A stretch of 47,035 nucleotides of DNA from Puniceicoccaceae bacterium (GTDB lineage: Bacteria > Verrucomicrobiota > Verrucomicrobiia > Opitutales > Oceanipulchritudinaceae). The notes beneath the pieces are model-generated. The model made no database searches and was not told where the DNA came from. It saw only the letters and a list, made by a program, of their open reading frames with translations. The first letter of the stretch is position 1. The number at the start of each line of letters is the position of its first letter. The stretch covers positions 1 to 47,035 of the forward strand of contig JBFOMH010000037.1 of the NCBI GenBank assembly GCA_040830765.1, written 5' to 3'. The translations under genes were made by a program, and so were the position numbers. Shown here one piece after another: positions 31,492-42,018 of the stretch.

Positions 31492-33660
31492 ATGAGCACC
31501 ATTGATCCAAAAAAGGTCTCCCCGGCGAACTCCTCCAAGCGTTCCGTTCCGCTCGAATTTCAGCGGAACATCGGCATCGCTGCCCATATTGACGCCGGCA
31601 AGACGACCACCACCGAGCGTATTCTTTTTTACTCTGGCAAGATCCACAAGATTGGTGAAGTGCACGAAGGTGCCGCAACCACCGACTGGATGGAGCAGGA
31701 GCGTGAGCGGGGCATCACCATTACCTCGGCGGCCATTTCCACCGAGTGGGTGACCAAGCGCGGTCCCTACGAGGACATTCCCCACCGGATCAACATTATC
31801 GACACCCCCGGCCACGTTGACTTTACCGCTGAAGTTGAGCGCTCGCTCAAGGTGCTGGATGGTGCCGTGGCTGTATTCTGTGCCGTTGCCGGTGTCCAGC
31901 CCCAGTCTGAGACGGTTTGGCGTCAGATGAACAAATACGGTGTTCCCCGGATTTGCTTCATCAACAAGATGGACCGTACCGGGGCCGATTTCTTTTCGGC
32001 TGTCGATGATATCCGCAATAAGTTGGGCGGCAATGCGCATCCTCTGTACCTGCCGATTGGTGCGGAAGAGAATTTCAAGGGTCTCATCGACCTCATCCGC
32101 ATGCAGGCCCACTTCTATGCCGAGGACGATGTTTCCGGTTCCAACTACACGGAAGAGGAGATCCCGGAAGAGTACCTGGAGCAGGCCAAGGAATACCGTG
32201 AAGCCCTTCTCGAGGACATTGCCGCCTTTGATGATGACCTCGCCGAGAAGTACCTCGAAGGGGAGGAAATCACTGACGAGGAATTCATGGCCGGTATCCG
32301 GAAGGCTACCTTGTCCCACCACTTTATCGGTGTTCTTCCCGGAACCGCCTTCAAGAATAAGGGGATCCAGAAACTCCTCAACTGCGTCATCAACTACCTG
32401 CCCAGCCCGCTCGACATCCCCGCCCAAAAGGGTCACTCCCTCGAGGATGAGGCACAACTGGTTGAAGTTGGACCGGACGACTCCGAGAGCGTTGTTGGTC
32501 TCGCTTTCAAGCTCTTCACCGACCCCTACGTCGGCAAGCTGGTATTCTTCCGCATTTACCGGGGCACTCTGAGCAAGGGCTCGACCCTCTATAATGCCCG
32601 GACCGGCAAAGCCGAGCGCGTCAGTCGCCTAATGGTCATGCACGCCGATCGGCGGGAAGATATCGATTGCGCCTATTCAGGTGATATTGTCGCCATCATC
32701 GGGGCCAAGGATGTACGCACCGGCGATACGCTCGCCGACAAGGGTACGGACATCATTCTCGAGCCGCCGACATTCCCGGAACCGGTTATCAGCATGAGTG
32801 TTGAACCGGCCTCCAAGGCTGACCAGGAAAAGCTTTCCCTCGCCCTGCAGCGCCTGGCCGAGGAAGACCCGACCTTCGTGGTATCCTCCGACGAGGAAAC
32901 CGGCCAGACCATCATCGCTGGTATGGGCGAGCTGCACCTCGACATTATTCGCGACCGCCTGCTCCGTGAGTTCAAGGTGGAAGCCCAGGTCGGGAAGCCG
33001 CAGATCGCCTACCGCGAGTCCATTACCCATCCCGCCGACGGTCTGGGCAAGTTCGTCCGCCAGTCCGGTGGTCGGGGCCAGTATGGTCATGCCGAAATCA
33101 AGATCGAGCCGCTGGAGGCCGGAAAGGGCTACGAATTCGACAACGAGATTGTCGGTGGTGTAATTCCCAAGGAGTACATCAAGCCAACCGAGGAGGGGAT
33201 CAAGGAAGCCAGCAAAAATGGCACCATCGCCGGTTACCCGGTGGTCGATTTCAAGGTCCGCCTTGTCTTTGGTTCCTTCCACGAGGTCGACAGTTCGGAA
33301 ATGGCCTTCAAGATGGCAGGTATTTTCGCTTTCCGCGATGCCATGGCCAAGGCCAAGCCGGTCCTTCTCGAGCCCATCATGAAGGTCGAGATCGAGACCC
33401 CGGAAGAGTTCCAGGGCGATATCGTCGGTGACGTCAACCGCCGCCGCGGGGTCATCCAGGGCATAGAGACCAAGGGCCAGCTGACCAAGATCTCCGCCAG
33501 TGTCCCGCTGGAGCAGATGTTCGGCTATTCCACCGATGTCCGCTCCCTCTCCAAGGGCCGTGCCTCCTATTCCATGGAACCGAGCCACTTTGAGCCGGTC
33601 CCGAACAGCATGCTCGAGGACATCGTCAAGACTTCCTCCCGCGCCCCGGCCCGGACCTGA
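31492..33660 (+). CDS. fusA: Elongation factor G
   Basis: [30 protein letters not shown] and [10 protein letters not shown] motifs. Confidence 0.99.
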   Translation: MSTIDPKKVSPANSSKRSVPLEFQRNIGIAAHIDAGKTTTTERILFYSGKIHKIGEVHEGAATTDWMEQERERGITITSAAISTEWVTKRGPYEDIPHRINIIDTPGHVDFTAEVERSLKVLDGAVAVFCAVAGVQPQSETVWRQMNKYGVPRICFINKMDRTGADFFSAVDDIRNKLGGNAHPLYLPIGAEENFKGLIDLIRMQAHFYAEDDVSGSNYTEEEIPEEYLEQAKEYREALLEDIAAFDDDLAEKYLEGEEITDEEFMAGIRKATLSHHFIGVLPGTAFKNKGIQKLLNCVINYLPSPLDIPAQKGHSLEDEAQLVEVGPDDSESVVGLAFKLFTDPYVGKLVFFRIYRGTLSKGSTLYNARTGKAERVSRLMVMHADRREDIDCAYSGDIVAIIGAKDVRTGDTLADKGTDIILEPPTFPEPVISMSVEPASKADQEKLSLALQRLAEEDPTFVVSSDEETGQTIIAGMGELHLDIIRDRLLREFKVEAQVGKPQIAYRESITHPADGLGKFVRQSGGRGQYGHAEIKIEPLEAGKGYEFDNEIVGGVIPKEYIKPTEEGIKEASKNGTIAGYPVVDFKVRLVFGSFHEVDSSEMAFKMAGIFAFRDAMAKAKPVLLEPIMKVEIETPEEFQGDIVGDVNRRRGVIQGIETKGQLTKISASVPLEQMFGYSTDVRSLSKGRASYSMEPSHFEPVPNSMLEDIVKTSSRAPART

Positions 33661-33696
33661 GGCATCCAATAATCAACACTATCAACCAATTTAGAC

Positions 33697-34005
33697 ATGA
33701 GTGGTCCCCGTATTCGCATTAAACTCCAAGGTTACGACTATCGTATCATCGACCAAAGTGCCGGTGAGATTGTCGACACTGCCAAGCGCTCCGGCGCCCG
33801 GGTCTCCGGGCCCATCCCCCTTCCGACCCGGATCGAGAAGGTTTCCGTCAATCGCTCCCCGCACGTTGACAAGAAGTCCATGGACCAGTTTGAGCAGCGC
33901 ACTCACAAGCGGCTCATCGACATCGTCGAACCCACTGCCCAGACCGTCGACGAGCTCAAGAAGCTCAATCTCCCCGCTGGCGTTGATATCACGATCAACG
34001 TCTGA
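33697..34005 (+). CDS. rpsJ: 30S ribosomal protein S10
   Basis: GPIPLPT and [21 protein letters not shown] motifs. Confidence 0.99.
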   Translation: MSGPRIRIKLQGYDYRIIDQSAGEIVDTAKRSGARVSGPIPLPTRIEKVSVNRSPHVDKKSMDQFEQRTHKRLIDIVEPTAQTVDELKKLNLPAGVDITINV

Positions 34006-34049
34006 TTCTGTTCCTTTTTCACGATTTTGCGGAATTTTCCGCAAATGAT

Positions 34050-34090
34050 TTGACAGGGGTCCTCACGGACCTTTTCTTCAGCCTTTTTTC
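34050..34090 (+). promoter_or_regulatory. Putative internal promoter upstream of rplC
   Basis: TTGACA (34050-55), 17 nt spacer, TTTCTT, then CAGCCTTTTTTC, within a 219-nt intergenic gap. Confidence 0.55.
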
Positions 34091-34224
34091 CACACCGGAA
34101 AATCCGGTCTTGCATCGGAAAGTCCCCGGAATTCGCCGGGAAACTCCTGCCGCAAGCCCTTCATAATCTTTAACTTAACCCTCTAATGCAGGGATCTGGG
34201 GTTATTCCCGCCTGCCGCTTAGAA

Positions 34225-34866
34225 ATGAGTACAACACTAATAGGTAAAAAAGTAGGCATGACCCAGGTCTATACCGAGACCGGGGAATTGGTGCCTGTAA
34301 CCGTTATTGAAGCCGGGCCCTGTCCTGTCGTGCAAGTAAAGCGCGAGGAGAGCGACGGCTACAACGCCATCCAGATTGGATTCGGTTCCAAGAAGGAGAA
34401 GAACACCAGCAATGGTGCCCTCGGGCACTTCAAGAAGGCCGGTGTTGCTCCGCAACGCCACCTGCAGGAAATTCGCCTCGACAGCGAACCGGAGCAGGAA
34501 GCTGGCAGCGAGCTGACCGTGGAAATCTTCGACGGTGAAGCCAAGGTCGACGTCATTGGTACGACCAAGGGCCGTGGTTTCCAGGGTGTTGTCAAGCGCT
34601 GGAATTTTGCCGGGGGTCCCGCATCCCACGGTTCCATGTTCCACCGCCGGGGTGGTTCCTACGGGATGTGCCAATGGCCGGGCAAGGTCATCAAGGGCAA
34701 GAAGATGCCGGGTCATTTCGGTACGGACCGTCGCACGGTGCAAAACCTGAAGGTGGTCAAGATTCTGCCGGAAAAGAACCTCATCCTCGTCAAGGGCTCC
34801 GTCCCGGGGGCCACCGGTTCGACCATCCTGGTCCGCAAGGCGATCAAGAAGCGCGTCAGTGCCTAA
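34225..34866 (+). CDS. rplC: 50S ribosomal protein L3
   Basis: GKKVGMTQ, KGRGFQGVVKRW and GKKMPGHFG motifs. Confidence 0.98.
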   Translation: MSTTLIGKKVGMTQVYTETGELVPVTVIEAGPCPVVQVKREESDGYNAIQIGFGSKKEKNTSNGALGHFKKAGVAPQRHLQEIRLDSEPEQEAGSELTVEIFDGEAKVDVIGTTKGRGFQGVVKRWNFAGGPASHGSMFHRRGGSYGMCQWPGKVIKGKKMPGHFGTDRRTVQNLKVVKILPEKNLILVKGSVPGATGSTILVRKAIKKRVSA

Positions 34867-34890
34867 GTTTTACAGGGGAGACCAATTCGA

Positions 34891-35520
34891 ATGAAAATCA
34901 AAGTTTTCAGTGCAGACGGCTCGAGCAGCTCCGACAAGGACTTTCCCATCCCCGAATTTGAAGGGGAAAAGGGATTGCAGGCGCTCAAGCAGGTAATTCT
35001 TTCCGTGCAGGCCAACAAGCGCCAGGGCACGGTCTCGACCAAGACCCGGACAACCGTCCATGGCACCGGCAAGAAGCCGTTCCGCCAGAAGGGCACTGGT
35101 TCCGCCCGTCAGGGTACCCGTGTTGCCCCGCAGCATTACCATGGCTCGGTGGCCCACGGCCCCCAGCCGCGGGACTTCAGCCAGCGGATCAACAAGAAGA
35201 TGCGCAAGGTCGCTCTTTCCCGGGCTCTCTTTGACCGTGCAATTGATGGTGAGGTAGCTGTCATCGAGAAGTGGGAGGTCAAGGATCGCAAAACCCGCCT
35301 TTTCGACGAACTGCTGGGTAAGATTGCCCCGGCCGGCAAGGTCCTTATCGTCGATGACAGCTGGTCCGACCAGAACGTCCTCGCCGCCCGCAATATCCGT
35401 CGCATCTCCATCAACGAGGCCAGCGACATCAACGCTTATGACCTGAGTCTTTACGACCAGGTCATTCTTAGTGAAAAGGGCCTTGAGCGACTGCTCACCC
35501 GGGTCAACGGAGGTAACTAA
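34891..35520 (+). CDS. rplD: 50S ribosomal protein L4
   Basis: RQGTVSTKTR and KPFRQKGTGSARQG motifs. Confidence 0.98.
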   Translation: MKIKVFSADGSSSSDKDFPIPEFEGEKGLQALKQVILSVQANKRQGTVSTKTRTTVHGTGKKPFRQKGTGSARQGTRVAPQHYHGSVAHGPQPRDFSQRINKKMRKVALSRALFDRAIDGEVAVIEKWEVKDRKTRLFDELLGKIAPAGKVLIVDDSWSDQNVLAARNIRRISINEASDINAYDLSLYDQVILSEKGLERLLTRVNGGN

Positions 35521-35521
35521 A

Positions 35522-35812
35522 ATGATTCACCGCGATTCAATTATTCTGGAGCACGTCATTACGGAAAAGGCTACGGAAGCAACATCCCTGGCCAACCAGT
35601 ACACCTTCAAAGTGGCTCGCGGAGCCAACCGTGTCGCCGTCAAGCAGGCCATCGAGTCCCAGTTTGGGGTCGAGGTGGATGCCGTGCGCATCACCAATAT
35701 CAAGCCCAAGTTCAAGATGGACCGTTCCCAGCGCAGCCAGGTAGTGCGGCGCCAGGGTTTCAAGAAGGCCATCGTTCGCCTCAAGGAAGGTTCGACCATC
35801 GAAATGGCCTAA
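35522..35812 (+). CDS. rplW: 50S ribosomal protein L23
   Basis: ITEKA, YTFKV and FKKAIVRLKEG motifs. ATG 35522 follows GGAGG. Confidence 0.96.
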   Translation: MIHRDSIILEHVITEKATEATSLANQYTFKVARGANRVAVKQAIESQFGVEVDAVRITNIKPKFKMDRSQRSQVVRRQGFKKAIVRLKEGSTIEMA

Positions 35813-35835
35813 GGCCGTAAAAGGAGCACACGATC

Positions 35836-36681
35836 ATGCCAGTTATTTCAAAACGTCCAGTCACCCCCGGCCAACGCTACGTTGTTGGCGTCAAGTCCGA
35901 GGGATTGTCCAAGGAGCGTCCGATCAAGCGCCTCACCGAATCGAAGAAGCGCACGGGAGGCCGCAACCATTATGGTCGCATAACCAGCCGTCGCCGTGGG
36001 GGAGGGCACAAGAAGCTTTATCGCAAGATTGATTTCCGCCGCAACCGCCTTGATGAGGCCGCGGAGGTAATCCGCTTCGAGTACGATCCGAACCGTTCCG
36101 CCCATATTGCCCTCATCAAGTATGAGGATGATGAACTGCGGTACATCCTGGCCCCGAACAAGCTCAAGATTGGGGATACGGTCATCAACTCCACCGAGGC
36201 CGCTCCTTTCAAGCCGGGTAACAGCATGCCGCTGAAGTTTGTCCCGCCGGCGATGAAGGTTCACAACATCGAGTTGAAGCCCAACACCAAGGCCCAGTTG
36301 GTCCGCACCGCCGGTGCCTCGGCCACCCTGGTGTCCATCGAGAAGGGCATGGCTACCCTGCGCATGCCATCCGGCGAAATCCGCATGGTCAATGCCCGTT
36401 GCCGCGCCACGATTGGTGAAGTCGGCAATTCCGAGCATGGTAATGCCTCCCTTGGCAAGGCCGGCCGTTCCCGCTGGAAGGGTCGTCGCCCCCGCGTCCG
36501 CGGTGTTGCCATGAATCCCGTCGATCACCCGATGGGTGGTGGTGAGGGCCGTACCTCCGGTGGTGGCCATCCGGTCAGTCCTTGGGGACAGCTCGCCAAG
36601 GGTTTCCCGACCCGGCGCAAAAACAAGCCTTCCAACAAGCTGATCGTGGTCCGTCGCAACGGCCGCAAGATGAAGAAGTAA
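35836..36681 (+). CDS. rplB: 50S ribosomal protein L2
   Basis: [12 protein letters not shown] and [17 protein letters not shown] motifs. Confidence 0.99.
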   Translation: MPVISKRPVTPGQRYVVGVKSEGLSKERPIKRLTESKKRTGGRNHYGRITSRRRGGGHKKLYRKIDFRRNRLDEAAEVIRFEYDPNRSAHIALIKYEDDELRYILAPNKLKIGDTVINSTEAAPFKPGNSMPLKFVPPAMKVHNIELKPNTKAQLVRTAGASATLVSIEKGMATLRMPSGEIRMVNARCRATIGEVGNSEHGNASLGKAGRSRWKGRRPRVRGVAMNPVDHPMGGGEGRTSGGGHPVSPWGQLAKGFPTRRKNKPSNKLIVVRRNGRKMKK

Positions 36682-36712
36682 GCAATTTAACGGTCAAACA
36701 AGAGAAATAGAT

Positions 36713-36979
36713 ATGTCTCGTTCACTGAAAAAAGGATTTTTCGTCGACCCCGGACTTTGGAAGAAGATTGCCAAGGCCCAGGAAACCGATGACCGCCGCC
36801 CCATCAAGACCTGGAGCCGGCGTTCCCAGATCACGCCCGAATTTGTCGGCCTGAATCTTGAGGTCCATAACGGCAAGGGTTTCGCCCCTGTCCACATCAC
36901 GGAAAACATGGTTGGCCACCGGGTCGGCGAATTCGCCCAGACTCGTACTTTCAAGGGCCACCAGGCTAACAACAAGTAA
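36713..36979 (+). CDS. rpsS: 30S ribosomal protein S19
   Basis: [17 protein letters not shown] and [10 protein letters not shown] motifs. Confidence 0.98.
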   Translation: MSRSLKKGFFVDPGLWKKIAKAQETDDRRPIKTWSRRSQITPEFVGLNLEVHNGKGFAPVHITENMVGHRVGEFAQTRTFKGHQANNK

Positions 36980-36993
36980 TCGGAGGCGAACTG

Positions 36994-37332
36994 ATGGAAG
37001 TTACTGCACAAACCAAGTACAGCCGCATTTCGGCCAAGAAGGCCCGTGAGGTGGCCAAGGAACTGCGTGGCCGACCGGCCAACGAGGCTCTTGAGCTCCT
37101 CAACTTCATTCCCCGCAAGGCAGCCCGTCTGCTGCGCAAGACTTTGCACAGCGCCGTGGCCAATGCGGAGAACAACCACAACTTGAATTCGGACAGCCTC
37201 ATCATCAAGGATGCGATCGTTGAGGAAGGCCCGGCATTCCGCCGTTTCAAGGCAGCTGCTCGTGGTTCCGCCAAACCGATTCGCAAGCGCACCAGCCACC
37301 TGCGCATCACCCTCACCGAAGCCTCCAACTAA
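36994..37332 (+). CDS. rplV: 50S ribosomal protein L22
   Basis: SAVANAENN and ARGSA..IRKRTSH motifs. Confidence 0.98.
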   Translation: MEVTAQTKYSRISAKKAREVAKELRGRPANEALELLNFIPRKAARLLRKTLHSAVANAENNHNLNSDSLIIKDAIVEEGPAFRRFKAAARGSAKPIRKRTSHLRITLTEASN

Positions 37333-37341
37333 TTTCACGCT

Positions 37342-37980
37342 ATGGGACAAAAAGTAAATCCGATCGGCTTTCGCCTCTCCGTCCGCCGCGACTGGCAATC
37401 CCGCTGGTACGCCGACAAGAAGGAATTTGGCACCAACCTCAAGGAGGACTACCAGATCCGTTCCTTCCTCGGGGAGAAGTTTCGCTACGCTGCCGTACCG
37501 CGCATCTTCATTGAGCGTGCCGGCAACCGCGTCCGCATCAAGGTCTTCACCGCCCGTCCGGGCATTGTCATCGGCCGCAAGGGTGCCGAGCTGGAGAAGA
37601 TCAAGGAATCCCTGGGCAAGCTGATCAAGAAGGATATCCTTCTCGACATCCAGGAAGTGAAGAAGCCCGACCTCGTTGCCCAGTTGGTAGCCGAGAGCGT
37701 TGCCCTGCAGTTGGAACGCCGGATTTCCTTCCGTCGCGCCATGAAGAAGGCAGTCCAGACGACGATGAGTCTCGGCGCCAAGGGCATCCGTCTCCAAGTC
37801 AGCGGTCGTCTTGGTGGTGCCGACATTGCCCGTACCGAAAGCGCCCGGGCCGGCTCTGTGCCTTTGCATACCTTGCGGGCCAACATCGATTACGGATTCA
37901 CAGAAGCGCGTACCGTCTACGGGAAGATTGGCATCAAGTGCTGGATCTGCCTCGAGGACGACGAAAAGATTTTCAACTGA
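37342..37980 (+). CDS. rpsC: 30S ribosomal protein S3
   Basis: MGQKVNPIGFR, GRLGGADIAR and PLHTLRANIDY motifs. Confidence 0.99.
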   Translation: MGQKVNPIGFRLSVRRDWQSRWYADKKEFGTNLKEDYQIRSFLGEKFRYAAVPRIFIERAGNRVRIKVFTARPGIVIGRKGAELEKIKESLGKLIKKDILLDIQEVKKPDLVAQLVAESVALQLERRISFRRAMKKAVQTTMSLGAKGIRLQVSGRLGGADIARTESARAGSVPLHTLRANIDYGFTEARTVYGKIGIKCWICLEDDEKIFN

Positions 37981-38025
37981 GGATCCACCCAGGAATTTAC
38001 CAAGTAAGGACAGGAGAAATTTGCC

Positions 38026-38439
38026 ATGCCTTTAATGCCATCAAGAACCAAGTACCGGAAGACCCATCGCGGCCGCAATCGCGGTAACGCAAAGGGTGGG
38101 GACACCCTTTCTTTCGGTGATTATGGAATCCAAGCCCTCGGGCGCGGCCTGCTGACTGCTTCCCAGATTGAAGCAGCCCGTGTTGCCATCAACCGTTACC
38201 TCAGCCGTCGTGGCAAGGTCTGGATTCGCGTTTTCCCGCACAAGCCGATTACCAAGAAGCCGGCAGAAACCCGTCAGGGTAAGGGTAAGGGCAGCGTTGA
38301 GTTCTGGGCCGCCAACATCAAGCCGGGAACCGTTCTCTTCGAACTGAGCGGGGTCAGCCTGAGCGCTGCCCGGGAAGCGATGCGCCTCGCAGATGGCAAG
38401 CTGCCGATTCCCTGCCGCTTCATCCACAAGGACCTTTAA
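38026..38439 (+). CDS. rplP: 50S ribosomal protein L16
   Basis: QIEAARVA and [24 protein letters not shown] motifs. Confidence 0.98.
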   Translation: MPLMPSRTKYRKTHRGRNRGNAKGGDTLSFGDYGIQALGRGLLTASQIEAARVAINRYLSRRGKVWIRVFPHKPITKKPAETRQGKGKGSVEFWAANIKPGTVLFELSGVSLSAAREAMRLADGKLPIPCRFIHKDL

Positions 38440-38454
38440 GAGGAGACATCACCC

Positions 38455-38667
38455 ATGGCTTTGAACGCAACCGATATTGCTGAACTTTCCCTCGTGGAGC
38501 TGGAAAAGAAAATCCGCGACACGCGCCATGAACTGCTTGAGCTCAAGCTCAAGAAGAAGACCGGCCAACTGGATAAACCCCACCTGCTGAAGGAACTGCG
38601 CCGGGATGTAGCCCGGCTCGAGACCATCGCTACCCGCAAGCGCGCCGAAGTGGCCGTCGGGGCCTGA
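38455..38667 (+). CDS. rpmC: 50S ribosomal protein L29
   Basis: GQLDKPH..KELRRDVARLET; synteny. Confidence 0.95.
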   Translation: MALNATDIAELSLVELEKKIRDTRHELLELKLKKKTGQLDKPHLLKELRRDVARLETIATRKRAEVAVGA

Positions 38668-38702
38668 TGGCGAGGATGCCACTAACGATAGGAGTTTGAG
38701 AA

Positions 38703-38969
38703 ATGTCAGATCGAAACAAACGTAAGACCATTACCGGTACGGTGACCAGCCGTTCGGGCGAGAAGTCGGTCAAGGTGACCTACGACTACAAGATTCGCCA
38801 CCCCCTTTACAAGAAGGAGACGAAGAAGAAGACGGTTGTTCACGCCCACGACGAGTCCAACGAATGCGGAGTCGGTGACCGCGTTGTCATCATGGAAACC
38901 CGCCCCCTGAGCAAGCTGAAGCGCTTCCGGGTAGTGGAAGTCCTCCAAAAGGCCCCGGTCATCGGTTAA
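38703..38969 (+). CDS. rpsQ: 30S ribosomal protein S17
   Basis: HPLYKK, AHDE and [12 protein letters not shown] motifs. Confidence 0.97.
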   Translation: MSDRNKRKTITGTVTSRSGEKSVKVTYDYKIRHPLYKKETKKKTVVHAHDESNECGVGDRVVIMETRPLSKLKRFRVVEVLQKAPVIG

Positions 38970-39003
38970 GGCGAAGAGCTTTTGCAATAAGGAGAGTATC
39001 ACA

Positions 39004-39369
39004 ATGATCCAAATGCTTTCAAAGGTTAAGGTGGCCGACAATACGGGCGCCAAGGAGGCGAAGATGATTCGCCGTCTCGGGCAGTTGAAGCGGACCGCCG
39101 GGGTGGGGGACGAAATCGTCGTCCACATTCGCGACGCTTCCCCTGATTCGAGCGTCAAGAAGGGAACAGTCTGCCGCGCGGTTATCGTGCGGACCAAGGC
39201 TCCCATCCGTCGAGCCGACGGCAGCTACCTGCGTTTCGACAGCAACGCTGTTGTCCTGATCAACCCGGACGGCCAGCCACGTGGCAGTCGTGTCTACGGA
39301 CCGATCGCCCGCGAACTGCGTCAAAAGAAGTTCATGAAGATTATCAGTCTTGCCCCGGAGGTTTTGTAA
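39004..39369 (+). CDS. rplN: 50S ribosomal protein L14
   Basis: VADNTGAK and [10 protein letters not shown] motifs. Confidence 0.98.
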   Translation: MIQMLSKVKVADNTGAKEAKMIRRLGQLKRTAGVGDEIVVHIRDASPDSSVKKGTVCRAVIVRTKAPIRRADGSYLRFDSNAVVLINPDGQPRGSRVYGPIARELRQKKFMKIISLAPEVL

Positions 39370-39627
39370 ATGAAACGAAAGATCAAAGCAGGTGACGAAG
39401 TTGTCGTTATCGCCGGTAATTTCCGAGGCAACCGCGGCAAGGTGATCCAGGTTCTTCCCCAGAACACCCGGGTCATCGTCGAGGGCGTCAACAAGCGCAA
39501 GCACCACGAGCGCAAGACCCAGGACAATCCTGAAGGCGCTATTGTGGAGCGGGAGAACCCGATCCACTTGTCAAACGTGATGCTGGCATCCCGCTACGCC
39601 GAAAAAGTGGAGGCCAAGAACAAGTAA
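39370..39627 (+). CDS. rplX: 50S ribosomal protein L24
   Basis: KOW motif GDEVVVIAG, VEGVN and PIHLSNV. Confidence 0.96.
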   Translation: MKRKIKAGDEVVVIAGNFRGNRGKVIQVLPQNTRVIVEGVNKRKHHERKTQDNPEGAIVERENPIHLSNVMLASRYAEKVEAKNK

Positions 39628-39697
39628 TTAACCGATCCTCACAGGTCCGAAACGGTCCGGTTGGAATCGGACCGGGAAACCAGAAGGTCAAACAACA

Positions 39698-40264
39698 ATG
39701 GAAAAAGCATATTTACATCAATACTACCTGGAGAAGGTTGTACCCGAGCTCATGAAGAGCCAGGGCTACAAGAACTCCCATGAAGTGCCGGCGATTGAAA
39801 AAGTCGTTATCAACTCCGGCTTTTCCGCCACCACGGAAAAGGGACAGATCCAGGACATCCTCAAGGAAATCAGCAACATTGCCGGCCAACAGGCTGTCAT
39901 CACCAAGGCACGCAAAAGCATCAGCAACTTCAAGTTGCGCGAAGGCATGCCTATCGGCGTGATGGTTACTCTCCGTGGACGCAACATGTATGAGTTCCTC
40001 TACCGCATGCTCTCCGTTGCCCTTCCGGGTATTCGCGACTTCCGCGGAGTCAAGGATCGCCTCGACGGGAATGGCAACTACTCCCTCGGTATTAGCGACC
40101 ACACGATTTTCCCTGAAACCCATGGCGACTCTGGAAAGCTCTCCATCGGCATGGACATTTGTATTTCAACCACAGCGACAACGGATGAGGAAGGCCGGGA
40201 ACTGCTCAAGCTCCTCGGACTCCCCTTTCGCAAGCGCGCCCAGGCTGCAACGGCAACTGCATAA
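39698..40264 (+). CDS. rplE: 50S ribosomal protein L5
   Basis: ARKSISNFKLREGMPIG, IRDFRG and DGNGNY motifs. Confidence 0.98.
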   Translation: MEKAYLHQYYLEKVVPELMKSQGYKNSHEVPAIEKVVINSGFSATTEKGQIQDILKEISNIAGQQAVITKARKSISNFKLREGMPIGVMVTLRGRNMYEFLYRMLSVALPGIRDFRGVKDRLDGNGNYSLGISDHTIFPETHGDSGKLSIGMDICISTTATTDEEGRELLKLLGLPFRKRAQAATATA

Positions 40265-40281
40265 CCCCCTAGGAAAGCAAA

Positions 40282-40587
40282 ATGGCTAAAAAAGGAATGA
40301 TCGAACGGAACAAGAAGCGCGAGCGGATGGTTGAAAAGTATGCCGCCAAGCGCGCTGAACTGAAGCGCATCATGGCGGACCCGGAATCCTCCGATGAGGA
40401 GTTCTACGCCGCGCAAAGGAAGCTGACGAAGCTCCCAAAGAACTCGAGTGCGGTGCGCTTGCGCAACCGCTGCAGTATTACCGGACGCCCGCGTGCCTAC
40501 CTGCGCAAGTACGGTGTCAGCCGCATCACCTTCCGCGAACTGGCCTCTCAGGGCAAGATTCCCGGGGTAACCAAGTCATCCTGGTAA
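40282..40587 (+). CDS. rpsN: 30S ribosomal protein S14 (long, Zn-independent form)
   Basis: 101 aa; [14 protein letters not shown] and IPGVTKSSW; a single Cys. Confidence 0.98.
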   Translation: MAKKGMIERNKKRERMVEKYAAKRAELKRIMADPESSDEEFYAAQRKLTKLPKNSSAVRLRNRCSITGRPRAYLRKYGVSRITFRELASQGKIPGVTKSSW

Positions 40588-40623
40588 TCAGCCGGGCAGC
40601 AAGAATTTACAAAGGAGAGTCAA

Positions 40624-41013
40624 ATGTCTGATCCCATCAGTGATTTTCTAACCATCATCCGCAACGCCTACCGTGCCGGCAAGGACACCTGCGACACGCG
40701 CTACTCGAAGATTCACAAGCGCATCGCCGAGATCCTCAAGGAGGAAGGCTACCTGCGTGAAGTCGAGCAAGTGGAAGTGGAAGGCAAGGCCGCGCTGCGC
40801 CTGACCCTGAAGTACGTGGACGAGGTTCCGGCCCTCACGGGCATCAAGCGCGTCAGCACGCCCGGTCGTCGTCTTTATTTCCAGTCGCGTGACATACCCC
40901 GGACCCTCGGTGGCCTGGGTGTTGGTATTCTCACGACATCCCGTGGGGTGTTGAAGGACAAGGACGCACGCCGGCAGAACGTTGGTGGCGAGATGATTTG
41001 TGCCATCTGGTAA
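40624..41013 (+). CDS. rpsH: 30S ribosomal protein S8
   Basis: DPISDFLT.IRNA, STPGRRLY and GGE motifs. Confidence 0.98.
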   Translation: MSDPISDFLTIIRNAYRAGKDTCDTRYSKIHKRIAEILKEEGYLREVEQVEVEGKAALRLTLKYVDEVPALTGIKRVSTPGRRLYFQSRDIPRTLGGLGVGILTTSRGVLKDKDARRQNVGGEMICAIW

Positions 41014-41031
41014 TAAGAAGGGACGAGAAAA

Positions 41032-41574
41032 ATGAGCCGAATTGGAAAACTCCCGGTTGAGATACCGGAAAAAGTCGAAGTAAAGGTTGAGAACGGGTCC
41101 ACCATCCAGGTCAAGGGACCGAAGGGTGCCCTGTCCCGCTCTTTCAATCCGAAAGTTGTTTCCCTCGAAATGAAGGATGGAGCCGTCGTGGTTTCCCCCG
41201 TTGTCAACAGCCGCGAAGCGCGCGCCATGTACGGCACGGCACGCAGCCTGATCAACGGCATGGTGGAAGGTGTGACAAAGGGCTTTGAAAAAAACCTCAC
41301 CATCAACGGTGTTGGTTTCAAGGCTGCCGTTCAGGGCAAGGTCCTCGACCTGGCCCTCGGGTATTCCCACCCCATCAAGCATCCTATTCCCGATGGCCTG
41401 ACGATCACCGTCCAGGACCAGACGAAGATCAAGGTGGAGGGCTACGACAAGCAAGCCGTGGGTCATTTTGCGGCCCAGGTTAAGAAGTATTACCCGATCG
41501 AACCTTACAAGGGTAAGGGTGTGACCATCGATGGTGAATATGTCCGCCGGAAGGAAGGCAAGAAGGCGGGTTAA
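41032..41574 (+). CDS. rplF: 50S ribosomal protein L6
   Basis: MSRIGKLPV, LGYSHP and EPYKGKGV motifs. Confidence 0.98.
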   Translation: MSRIGKLPVEIPEKVEVKVENGSTIQVKGPKGALSRSFNPKVVSLEMKDGAVVVSPVVNSREARAMYGTARSLINGMVEGVTKGFEKNLTINGVGFKAAVQGKVLDLALGYSHPIKHPIPDGLTITVQDQTKIKVEGYDKQAVGHFAAQVKKYYPIEPYKGKGVTIDGEYVRRKEGKKAG

Positions 41575-41637
41575 TCCTGATAAACACATGCGAGGAAGGC
41601 CTTCCCCTTCCGTAAGTACAAACGTCAGTCGACAAAA

Positions 41638-42003
41638 ATGAAATCACTTAAGCACAAGAGAACACTGCGCCAGAAGCGTATCTGGCGGATTCGCAAGAAG
41701 GTTACCGGGACCGCTGAGCGGCCGCGCCTCTGCGTATCCTTCACCAACAAGCACATCTATGCCCAAGCCATTGATGACGCTGCCGGCAAGACATTGGTTT
41801 CCGTCTCTTCCCTGGGCAAGGACATGAAGGACGAGAAACTGAGCGCCAACCGGGAGAGTGCGGTCAAGCTTGGCAAGGCCTTCGCCGAAAAAGCGAAAAA
41901 GGCCAAGGTCACATCCGTCGTTTTCGACCGTCATGGCCGTCCTTATCACGGACGTGTAAAGGAATTCGCCGAGGCAGTCCGTGAAGGCGGGATTGAATTT
42001 TAA
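41638..42003 (+). CDS. rplR: 50S ribosomal protein L18
   Basis: GTAERPRL, HIYAQ and VFDR.G..YHGRV motifs. Confidence 0.98.
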   Translation: MKSLKHKRTLRQKRIWRIRKKVTGTAERPRLCVSFTNKHIYAQAIDDAAGKTLVSVSSLGKDMKDEKLSANRESAVKLGKAFAEKAKKAKVTSVVFDRHGRPYHGRVKEFAEAVREGGIEF

Positions 42004-42018
42004 GGACCAAGGAATCCA

